A stretch of 64,000 bases of DNA from contig JBGTIB010000306.1 in NCBI GenBank assembly GCA_041745875.1, positions 298-64,297 of the forward strand, written 5' to 3'. The translations under genes and the position numbers were made by a program. The DNA is from Flavobacteriales bacterium. Its GTDB lineage: Bacteria > Bacteroidota > Bacteroidia > Flavobacteriales_F > PHOS-HE28. Below are positions 36,901-43,897 of this stretch, one piece after another. The notes beneath the pieces were generated by a model. It saw nothing but the letters and a program-made list of their open reading frames with translations, did not search any database and was not told where the DNA came from. Every line of letters begins with the position of its first letter. The stretch's first letter is position 1.

Positions 36901-37933
36901 TGTTGTCGGTGGTTCGTCCACCGCGTTGCACGGAGGCATGGTGAACGTTTTCCGGAGATCGCTGGAGGGCTACACCTTGCGGGAGGATGAGAAACTCATC
37001 TATGAGTATTCATTCCGAACCTCGCAGCACAATACCCTTTCCGCAAAGGCTGCCGCGCTGGCGAACAGTGGTACCAACTACCTGGCCAGCACACATGTGC
37101 CAGCCCGCGAAACTTTGGAGCCCGCCTTCATAGGCGAAGGCTTCGACACTTTCGATGCGAATGGGTTCAACAGCACACGCAACACGGGCCCCTTTACCAT
37201 TCACCCCATGGTGTTCCTGTATGCCACCAACACGGACAACTGGATGAGCAACTGGGCCAAGCCCGTGCTCTATGACTACTACGCCATCATCAAGGACGCA
37301 GGTTGCAGCGACATGCAGCTGGCACGTTCCACGATCACATTTGGTGGCGAAATGTTCGGCACCACCATTATCCGCGACACGCCCGATACCATCGGGATGC
37401 CACCATACAACACCGTACGCTTCCACCCCAACACGCTCATCTGGTCCGCGCTTTCCGACAGCGAGGCGGTACCCAGCATCGGTTCGGGCTTGCCCGGAGC
37501 TGCTGGCGGCATCAACAGCATGGGCGATGGCTCTTCGGGGAACCAGACCATCCTGCAAATAACCACAGGGGCTTGGACCAGGAACGATTACATCCGGCTG
37601 AAGACCATCACCAACGATGTGATCGTCAACTGCGGACCGCTGATCCCTGTGATCGACGGAGCAGGAGAGCCATGGGGCGGATTTGCGGAACCGTTGCGCA
37701 GCAAAGTGCTTGCATTCCTGAACGGATACCGCCGCATGTACAACGGCAGCTACCGCACCACCTTACGCTTTATTCCGCCGCCCAGTTGCCCTTGGAACTA
37801 CATCGAACAAGGTGATGAGCTCCTTGCACCAGGCACATCCGGGGAGGCCGTGTACAGCCATCCGCTCGGTGCCGCGCCACCCATGCCCGGGGCAGGTCCA
37901 TTGCCAGGGGGAGGTGGCATCATCCAGAACTAA
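30941..37933 (+). CDS. giant secreted protein (2330 aa), function unknown
   Basis: Uninterrupted ORF; signal peptide MDRSISLPLGFAATLLLQVNMTHAQ; starts 3 nt after the OMP stop; no T9SS CTD or S74 domain recognised. Confidence 0.85.
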   Translation: MDRSISLPLGFAATLLLQVNMTHAQDPYPIQITIAVLPPYSASMQYYFTDAANMAFFITNNTDEERYIYLAGSIATVDGSISAVVDGSMPWNAQALVIPPNVVSMEFRGGTLEPILQAIGSNPASLDGISEEQLRLGILPEGNYRICLQAFDYSNPGLELSREGACSNIISIREGEPPEPLNPTCGADGNGEMLTPQTPQLINFMWVLPGGPPPGALVSYEFRLVRIDSPSNAQAALETSTDVVHEQEVMTTILNYTQMMPALEEGRMYAWWVRAIPFPQDAVVFRNNGYMRPCTFTYAEHADSEFSLTYPAQHDTLPWDLLPIMARFEPHAGPYDMPTTGRFYSRLVTTENSATLNTIHRQGENDDIRWEQGYFRAQYELLGRPADFTEEQARHINIYTNTPAIQDRFKRGRRYVLEGDIRTKDTDNSDVRYGDVSGLFVSGMGKPRPLTPEHNATLPKNGGDTTTTGFSPVVLRFQTAETPFALRPPFPIRILYGSNAPTTTQGTAHERWLLEVSRSPTMSNPILSSSVELGPTLLVDPACDEECMRSTFYYVDSVHFTPSDTGTFYWRVAWMLDPTSAMGETYHDGPVRQFRITANDTVPPPAEQEEERPRECVSICRAEPTPIAQRIPVMDVGVNDTVSVGLFNMLISSITWTGGSANGEGFIPVPFMNCPMKVSFTNAQINEHKVLYTGEVLGQYDNEAIVPAAWRTGAGLAAGFSPGAVQAIDDYLNATGRLTTQMTGNIPMGLPIGIATDVPGGRFTVGIVGMQFTDSVAKLNAMMSVPVPELGFNYGLGVSDQVFQPDGVGCPDQDALLYLVDDVRVGVGGDTLVVRSTRFEPGNYINVVDSGTFAAWDCRGFRALQLDAEWRFSRDHLREDRTDGTSGPDKIIASLKTRTGRGGFMGRVDFNKPFHVDGAEGWGIAVQEAWLDLASYTNPPDMSLSPEVAQRVGLMDANGVADPTWRGFYLKRAMLRLPDGVKRFGNTERVTALIDDMVVHNGQLTASFKLASLIGVNEGDLAGWAISVDTLQMDIIANSFSQAVMKGRMRTAVSSTLLDYTALWRQNPITSDHWIEFLIEPQEDVLIPVPFLSANLLLEETSTVVGTLGHEQTGNYAKATLNGSLTLASPPSAAVAMNISGVAFENLWFSTQEPYTNIDSTALFSHASPQKYMGGEPLDDAGAPPTSGGSTGGFPISITRVTGERTTIDGKPAAGLAYDINLNLTGTSNIFVATTRVATLGVLNTTEIHQWGDHEMRLDSIGVDGEIGSVKVNGGLKWYRDSPTYGNGIKGSLRAEFMNRKVQVEAAAQFGSVNGYKYWYVDAMVAKKPGWNWPSPITIYGFGGAAWYHMKKHGALPQAAMLTVDQLLADVDPSMEPGYTYSGLAFTPDQGVGFGLEATLVFSDPGTTSTYNGNVSLGAQFNNTTGGLLELYLDGDLYVMKEVNSVGHVPIYGNGRISYDFPNDVFAAGFEMFVNVGPGKVYGLGPQNRAGRLDLFVNSDSWHLHVGNPDDRVQLTIAGLTTGGFYFMVGDDLPQVPMPPPEVANLVPAGYLVRDDLSDAGGVAFGANVYFAHADTVLIFYYKLNGQFGFDITFRDAGELVCMGETDPGIGPFYARGQLYAHMGAAVGIILDAGFFSGSYHLFDVGLAGLFQCGFANPSWLKGFVYGEYSILHGMVRGSINLPFQAGDQCEPPNSGLLDGLNPIGDLSPEDFSGLPPLCTDAKVCGVDCGTMPEAIFNMKVDHAFTMHEMRSNGTWLPRTFKLEVEHFELRKKSTNALVAGTISMATNKEMATLGPNAYLEPNTEFTVSIKVRAQELKNGIWEVVKRDNVPVIWMKKHSFKTNTGIEELRPQDVAWSYPFLRQRFLLQDECRNGIIDCKSSLADQPVFKAPPGRRREYRVVFVPVTGGAMVERDVELNLTDSTTALSFAIPPLQNSKTYTLKVVARDVIDASTMGITEEGPASSGGFNPQEHMQGLLNTQVQNTGIAVVGGSSTALHGGMVNVFRRSLEGYTLREDEKLIYEYSFRTSQHNTLSAKAAALANSGTNYLASTHVPARETLEPAFIGEGFDTFDANGFNSTRNTGPFTIHPMVFLYATNTDNWMSNWAKPVLYDYYAIIKDAGCSDMQLARSTITFGGEMFGTTIIRDTPDTIGMPPYNTVRFHPNTLIWSALSDSEAVPSIGSGLPGAAGGINSMGDGSSGNQTILQITTGAWTRNDYIRLKTITNDVIVNCGPLIPVIDGAGEPWGGFAEPLRSKVLAFLNGYRRMYNGSYRTTLRFIPPPSCPWNYIEQGDELLAPGTSGEAVYSHPLGAAPPMPGAGPLPGGGGIIQN

Positions 37934-37938
37934 TAGCC

Positions 37939-40002
37939 ATGCGCAACACGATCATCCAACTGCTCCTGCTTGTTGCCATCGCGCATCAGGCCAAAGGCCA
38001 GACCATACACGCCATCGCACGCAATCATGCCGATTCGGTAGTGCTGCGCTGGGCACCGGTGAGCGCCACTGCTTGGGCGCGCTACGCACAACACGGCTAT
38101 CGCGTGGAACGCATCGCGATCACCCATACCACTTCGCGCCGCGATGCCTTCACGCGTGTGGGACCGGACAGCATCCTGCCCTTCACGGTGGATGAACTGG
38201 TGGCGCGCTTCCCGGCCGACCACGCCGGTGCGGCCGCACTCGCACAACTAATGCACACGCCCCCCAAGTCGCCCACCCCGGAACCCGGGGACATGATGGC
38301 GGCGAAAGCTTCAGCGGACGAACTGACCATGCGCTGGTCCACCTGCCTGATGATCGCGGACCTCGATGCGTCCATCGCGCAAGCGCAGGGATTGCGCCTG
38401 GTGGACCGCGATACGAAGCCGAACACGAGCTACCTCTACCGGGTGATCGTGCTGGACCCGGAATACCCGGATACGACCCTCGTGAGCGTGGACCGCTCCC
38501 TAGGGCCCGAAGTGCAGCCCCGCGGACCAGAGCTGTATGCAGAGGAGAACGAGCGCCGCGTGACATTGCGCTGGGAACGGGAAGTTGCCAATACGGACTT
38601 CTCCGGCTTCTGGGTGGAACGTTCGCGCGATGGCAACACCTGGTCGCGACTTTCGACAGCGCCTTTCATCTCCACGGATGGTGATCCCGACAAACCCAAC
38701 CCATTCCACTACTTCACGGACACCACGCTCACACGCAACTACGAACCACATCACTACCGGGTGCTCGGCATCACACCCTTCGGAGAGTTGAGCACGGATG
38801 CCCCAGCGATCATCGCCATGGGACGCGACCGCACACCGCCGCCACAACCGGTGATAACAGAGGTCAAGGATGAGAACGGTCGCTTGGTGGTGCATTGGGA
38901 TCAAGCCGAAAGTGCACCGGACCTGCGCGGGTACCGCGTGGAGAAAGCACCCACCGCCAAGGGAGGACATTATCCTTTGCATAGCGGCATGCTAACCACA
39001 AGTACCCGCCAGTTCACGGACACCAGTACCTTCCTGATCGGCGAGAACCACTACCGCGTGGTGGCGATCGATACAGCAGGGAACGAATCGCGCTCGCCCG
39101 GAGGCTACGGCTTCCTGCGCGACTCCATTCCACCCGCTCCGCCTACTGGACTGGAGGGCGTCATCGACACCAGCGGTGTGGTCACCCTGCGGTGGAACCT
39201 GGGTCCGGAAATGGACATCAAGGGCTACCGTGTCTTCTTTGCGAACGCCGCCGATCACGAATTCAACAACCTCACCCCCGAGCCTTTCGCGGACACCGTC
39301 TTCGTGGACACGCTGCAGATGAACACGCTCACCAAGCGCATCCACTACCGCGTGGTGGCCGTGGACCGCAACTTCAACCACAGCGCGATGAGCGCAGTGC
39401 TCACGCTTACCCGGCCCGATCTGATCGCACCCGTGCCACCGGTCTTCAAACACTATGTGGTGAGCGACACGGCCGTGGTGATCCACTTCATCCCCAGCAG
39501 CAGCAAGGATGTCATGCGGCATCAACTGTTGCGCAGGGAGCACAACGATACCACATGGAAGGAGGTGTTGGTGCTGCCGAGCAGTGACAAGCGGCGTGAG
39601 TGGACCGACCGCAACGTGAGCGGACCGGCGTACTACAGCTACACCATGTTCGCGGTGGACAGCGCAGGCAATCGATCGGTCCGCGCAATGCCCTTGGATG
39701 TGCGTGTACACGCAAGGCTGAAACATGCTTCCGTCGGACAAGTGAAAGCCACGCGCATCGATGCCCGCACCGTGCAAGTGGGTTGGGCCCCTGCCACTGG
39801 CGCCGTGAAACACTACCTCGTCCTGCGCTCCAAGGACGACGGTGCTCCTGTGGCCGTGGGTTCGGTACCGGGTGATGCCCACACCTTCACGGATATTCGC
39901 CTGGCGGGCAAAGGCAGCTACAGCTACCTGGTGCAGGCGGTGTTCGAGGATGGCGGTTCCTCGCCCCTGGCGCGCACCCATGCGGCGCTCGATATGCGCT
40001 GA
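37939..40002 (+). CDS. secreted protein with multiple fibronectin type III-like domains
   Basis: Signal peptide; recurring Fn3-type signatures (VVLRWAP...GYRVERI; TLRWERE...GFWVERS; VVHWDQA...GYRVEKA; TLRWNLG...GYRVFFA; VQVGWAP...HYLVLRS); starts 5 nt after the giant ORF. Confidence 0.75.
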   Translation: MRNTIIQLLLLVAIAHQAKGQTIHAIARNHADSVVLRWAPVSATAWARYAQHGYRVERIAITHTTSRRDAFTRVGPDSILPFTVDELVARFPADHAGAAALAQLMHTPPKSPTPEPGDMMAAKASADELTMRWSTCLMIADLDASIAQAQGLRLVDRDTKPNTSYLYRVIVLDPEYPDTTLVSVDRSLGPEVQPRGPELYAEENERRVTLRWEREVANTDFSGFWVERSRDGNTWSRLSTAPFISTDGDPDKPNPFHYFTDTTLTRNYEPHHYRVLGITPFGELSTDAPAIIAMGRDRTPPPQPVITEVKDENGRLVVHWDQAESAPDLRGYRVEKAPTAKGGHYPLHSGMLTTSTRQFTDTSTFLIGENHYRVVAIDTAGNESRSPGGYGFLRDSIPPAPPTGLEGVIDTSGVVTLRWNLGPEMDIKGYRVFFANAADHEFNNLTPEPFADTVFVDTLQMNTLTKRIHYRVVAVDRNFNHSAMSAVLTLTRPDLIAPVPPVFKHYVVSDTAVVIHFIPSSSKDVMRHQLLRREHNDTTWKEVLVLPSSDKRREWTDRNVSGPAYYSYTMFAVDSAGNRSVRAMPLDVRVHARLKHASVGQVKATRIDARTVQVGWAPATGAVKHYLVLRSKDDGAPVAVGSVPGDAHTFTDIRLAGKGSYSYLVQAVFEDGGSSPLARTHAALDMR

Positions 40003-40088
40003 GTTTCATCTACTACTCACGTGGTATTGATGGTGCTCTACCGCACCCAGTACTTCGTCAACGCATTCACCGCGCAACCGCGATAAAG

Positions 40089-40574
40089 ATGACCAACGCC
40101 ATGCATCGAACATTGCTACTCCTTCCAATCATCCTCGCGTTGCCATCAGCCGCCCAGGAGGTGGTGGGCAGTGGCGGCGGCTATCACAGCGATACCGGTG
40201 TGGCGATCTCCTACACCATCGGCGAGGCCATGATCTCCACTGTGAGCACAGGCGGCACCACCCTCACGCAGGGCTTCCAACAGCCGTGGGCAGCGATCAC
40301 GACATATAATGACGAACCTGCACCGCAGGAGGGTGCGATCACTGTCTACCCCAACCCGGTGCGCCACGTGTTGCATGTCGCCATGGAAGGCATGCCCGAT
40401 GGACATCGCTATGTGCTACATGATGCTGCTGGCCGACAGATCACGGACGGCAACATCGCATCCACCATCACCGACATCAACATGGAGACCTACGCCAGCG
40501 GCGGGTACATCCTGCGCATCCTCGGACCCAAGAACAACACTGCCCGTTCCTTCAAGATCAACGTCACCCACTAA
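40089..40574 (+). CDS. small T9SS C-terminal-sorting-domain protein (161 aa)
   Basis: Signal peptide; ~60-aa mature region ending LTQGFQQP; CTD ITVYPNPVRHVLHV...GGYILRILGPKNNTARSFKINV. Confidence 0.75.
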   Translation: MTNAMHRTLLLLPIILALPSAAQEVVGSGGGYHSDTGVAISYTIGEAMISTVSTGGTTLTQGFQQPWAAITTYNDEPAPQEGAITVYPNPVRHVLHVAMEGMPDGHRYVLHDAAGRQITDGNIASTITDINMETYASGGYILRILGPKNNTARSFKINVTH

Positions 40575-40577
40575 GCC

Positions 40578-43550
40578 ATGAAAAAGACCCTCCTCCTTCT
40601 CACGGTCCTTGCGCTCTCCCTGGGTGCATGGGCGCAAGCGCCGCAGCGCATCAGCTACCAGGCCATCCTGCGCGATGCCGGTGGTGCCATACAACCGAAC
40701 ACCAGCGCCACGCTCGGCCTCGCCGTGCTACAGGGCAGTGCCGGTGGACCTGTGGTGTACAACGAGAACCACGCGGTGACCACCAATGCTTTTGGACTGG
40801 CGAACGTTGCGCTTGGCGGAGGCACCGTGGTCACGGGCACATTCGCCCAGATCGATTGGAGCGATGGACCATATTTCGTGCGCACCAGTGTGAACGGCAC
40901 GCCCATCGGCACAAGTCAGTTGCTTAGCGTGCCTTATGCCCTCTTCGCGGAAACGAGCAACACGCCCGGGCAACAAGGGGAACAGGGCGAACAAGGCATA
41001 CCGGGTGAGCAGGGAATACAAGGCATTCAAGGGCCACAAGGTGACCCGGGACCACAAGGTGAACAGGGCGTACAAGGGCCTCCAGGGGCTGATGGCACGG
41101 GAGTGTCCATCCTGGGCTCACTTCCTGACGAGAACGATCTGCCTGCCACCGGGACAAATGGCGATGCTTACTTGGTGGATGGCGACCTCTATGTATGGAG
41201 TGCCAACACCAGTACATGGGAGAATGTTGGAAATATTCAAGGTCCACAGGGGATCCAGGGCATTCAAGGAATACAAGGAATACAAGGAATACCCGGCACG
41301 GCTGGCACCAATGGCACAAATGGCACGAACGGTATCGACGGAAGAACAGTCCTAAACGGTAACATCAACCCAGCTGCGGGTACTGGAGCCAACGGCGATT
41401 TCTACATCAACACATCTGCGAACATGCTCTTCGGTCCCAAGACAGCAGGTGTTTGGGGAACAGGTGTCTCCTTGGTTGGACCGGCCGGACTTCCAGGTGT
41501 ACCCGGAACCAACGGGACCAATGGTGTTGATGGCGCTCCCGGTACCAATGGTACAAATGGTATAAATGGCGTTGACGGAAGAACAGTGCTTAACGGGAAC
41601 ACCAACCCGGCCCCAGGAACGGGAGCGAACGGTGACTTCTACATCAACACATCTGCGAATACGCTATTCGGCCCCAAGACCGCTGGTGCTTGGGGAACAG
41701 GTGTTTCCTTGGTTGGACCTGCGGGAACGCCAGGCACACCCGGAACCAACGGGACCAATGGAACCGATGGGGCGCCAGGTTCCAATGGGACCAACGGCAC
41801 CAACGGCAAGACCGTGCTGAACGGTGCTGCGGACCCCACTGGCGGGATCGGCACCGATGGCGATTTCTACATCAACACCAGCACGAACTTCATCTTCGGG
41901 CCGAAGACCGGGGGCGCGTGGGGTGCGGGCACTTCGCTGGTGGGACCTGAAGGCCCAGGAGGTGGCGGTAGTGGTTGGGCGCTCACGGGGAATGCAGGAA
42001 CTGTTCCCGCGACGAATTTTGTCGGAACCACGGACGCTCAAGCACTTGCTTTTCGCGTCGAGAACGTTCCTGCTGGAACGATCGCGACGGACTCCGTGAA
42101 CGGAACGACAAGTTTTGGCAAGATGGCCCTGCGTGCCAATACCACCGGCACATTGAACACAGCCATCGGCTTCCAATCACTCCGCCTCAATACGGACGGA
42201 TACTGGAATACATCCGTAGGCTATCAGACGATGTATGGCAATACCAGCGGTTATGGCAACACGGCAACAGGTACCGGGGCTATGCAGAACAACACCGCAG
42301 GCCATAGCAATTCGGCTTACGGGTACCGCGCGCTATACTTCAATACAACAGGCCTCCGTAACGTCGCAATAGGCAGTACCGCCCTATATACCAACAATGC
42401 GGGCTCGAACAATGTGGCCGTCGGATGGAACGCACTTCGTATGAACACCACAGGTTCCTCAAACGTCGCCATCGGTATCCGTGCGCTACAAGAGAATTCG
42501 AACCGCAGCAACCTTGTCGCAATTGGAGATAGCGCCCTATTCAACAATGGTATCGGAGCGGCGCCGATCAATGATATCGACTCACCGAACGAAGCCGCCG
42601 GCAACGTGGCCGTGGGCAGTAAAGCATTGTTCGCAAATACCATAGGCAAGTTCAATACTGCAACGGGTTCCGGGGCATTGGATGCCAATATCAGTGGTGA
42701 TCGAAATACGGGCATGGGCAATGGTGCGTTGAGCGGAAGCGCATTTGCGGACGAATGCACGGCGATCGGTGCCAGCGCACAAGGCAATACCTCGGGTTCC
42801 TTCAACACGTCGGTCGGATATAGGGCCATCCCTGGGGGAACAGGAACTTACAACACTGCTGTGGGCCATAACGCCGGCCAACTGTTCACGACTACGACAT
42901 ACTCGGCCGCACTCGGGCATCTCGCCTTGGGTAACGTGACCTCCGGAGGTTCGAATACCGGGGTTGGCAGCTTTGCTGGGCCATCCTCCGCCACATCGAG
43001 CAACTCCACTTCCTTGGGCTACCAAGCCACTTGCACAGCAGGCAACATGGCCCGTGTGGGCAACACCGCCGTGTCGAGTATCGGGGGATACGCGGGCTGG
43101 ACCACCCTACCCAGTGATGGCCGATTCAAACTAAACGTGGCCACTGACGTGAAGGGATTGGACTTCGTGATGCGGCTGCGACCGGTAACCTACAATGTGG
43201 ACGTGAACAAGATCGCGGCCCATTTGGGAGAGGATACCTACCTGGACGAGAATGGTGTTCGCACACCATTGCCCTTGAACTCCGACATCACTGCGGCGCG
43301 CGATGAGAAATCCGCCATACGATATACCGGTTTTATCGCCCAGGAAGTTGATGCTGCCGCTCAGGCGGTCGGCTTCGATTTCAGTGGAGTGGATAAGTCA
43401 CGCGATGGAGATGACATGCTCGGCCTTCGCTACGCTGAATTCGTTGTCCCCCTTGTAAAAGCCGTGCAAGAACAACAATCCATGATCGAGGCACAACAAA
43501 AGGAGATCGACGAACTGAAAGCACTGGTGCATCAACTACTCAAGCGCTGA
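40578..43550 (+). CDS. collagen-like repeat / tail-fibre-domain protein with C-terminal S74 intramolecular chaperone domain
   Basis: GXY tracts (GQQGEQGEQGIPGEQGIQGIQGPQGDPGPQGEQGVQGPPGADG; GPQGIQGIQGIQGIQGIPGTAGTNGTNGTNGIDG). C-terminal SDGRFKLNV...LRPVTYNVD...GFIAQEVDAAA...GLRYAEFVVPLVKAVQEQQ + coiled coil. Confidence 0.85.
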   Translation: MKKTLLLLTVLALSLGAWAQAPQRISYQAILRDAGGAIQPNTSATLGLAVLQGSAGGPVVYNENHAVTTNAFGLANVALGGGTVVTGTFAQIDWSDGPYFVRTSVNGTPIGTSQLLSVPYALFAETSNTPGQQGEQGEQGIPGEQGIQGIQGPQGDPGPQGEQGVQGPPGADGTGVSILGSLPDENDLPATGTNGDAYLVDGDLYVWSANTSTWENVGNIQGPQGIQGIQGIQGIQGIPGTAGTNGTNGTNGIDGRTVLNGNINPAAGTGANGDFYINTSANMLFGPKTAGVWGTGVSLVGPAGLPGVPGTNGTNGVDGAPGTNGTNGINGVDGRTVLNGNTNPAPGTGANGDFYINTSANTLFGPKTAGAWGTGVSLVGPAGTPGTPGTNGTNGTDGAPGSNGTNGTNGKTVLNGAADPTGGIGTDGDFYINTSTNFIFGPKTGGAWGAGTSLVGPEGPGGGGSGWALTGNAGTVPATNFVGTTDAQALAFRVENVPAGTIATDSVNGTTSFGKMALRANTTGTLNTAIGFQSLRLNTDGYWNTSVGYQTMYGNTSGYGNTATGTGAMQNNTAGHSNSAYGYRALYFNTTGLRNVAIGSTALYTNNAGSNNVAVGWNALRMNTTGSSNVAIGIRALQENSNRSNLVAIGDSALFNNGIGAAPINDIDSPNEAAGNVAVGSKALFANTIGKFNTATGSGALDANISGDRNTGMGNGALSGSAFADECTAIGASAQGNTSGSFNTSVGYRAIPGGTGTYNTAVGHNAGQLFTTTTYSAALGHLALGNVTSGGSNTGVGSFAGPSSATSSNSTSLGYQATCTAGNMARVGNTAVSSIGGYAGWTTLPSDGRFKLNVATDVKGLDFVMRLRPVTYNVDVNKIAAHLGEDTYLDENGVRTPLPLNSDITAARDEKSAIRYTGFIAQEVDAAAQAVGFDFSGVDKSRDGDDMLGLRYAEFVVPLVKAVQEQQSMIEAQQKEIDELKALVHQLLKR

Positions 43551-43844
43551 TCGACATCCGGACCGAACGGGCATCGAAGGTGGATCCTCCTCCTCCGGTG
43601 CCCGTTCATCATTTACACACCGTGCGACCGCAGCACTCCTTCTGTTCCATGGGCTGGGTTGAATTCCGGTACTCATGGATGGGGTCACCCCCCAGCCAGC
43701 TGTACCACCTATGTAGTATTTCAGAAACCCTATCATCATTGGATCTTCGTTGCACTGAACAGCGACCATGCCGCTGAGCAATGAAGATGACGCCTTCTCA
43801 TCAATATGACACACAAGCGTCCTCCATCTCGGAGGAACAGGGCA

Positions 43845-43890
43845 TGTCGGGTTCTTACTTGAACCCGTCCTGGCAGCTGTATTTGCTTCG
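43845..43890 (+). promoter_or_regulatory. conserved bipartite motif copy 1 (TGTCGGGTTyTTACTTG-N20/21-TTGCTTCG)
   Basis: One of five copies; ends 7 nt before the ATG at 43898. Confidence 0.55.
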
Positions 43891-43897
43891 TCGATCC

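Noticed and set aside
30941-37933. Identification of the 2330-aa protein as the T9SS translocon SprA/Sov, or as a TamB/AsmA-like or TpsA exoprotein
   Set aside because: The size is similar, but I could not recognise any family-specific sequence feature (no TPS NPNL/NPNGI motifs, no N-terminal TM anchor). My recollection of SprA sequences does not match. I have left it as unknown rather than naming it.
43844-43897. Small ORF starting MSG(S/F)YL at each copy of the 45-bp motif (ATGTCGGGTTCTTACTTG...)
   Set aside because: Only the first six codons are conserved, one copy has GTG, and the downstream peptide sequences and lengths are unrelated. In AraC copy B it is out of frame with the gene. Conservation is at the DNA level with a fixed spacer, so it is more likely regulatory.
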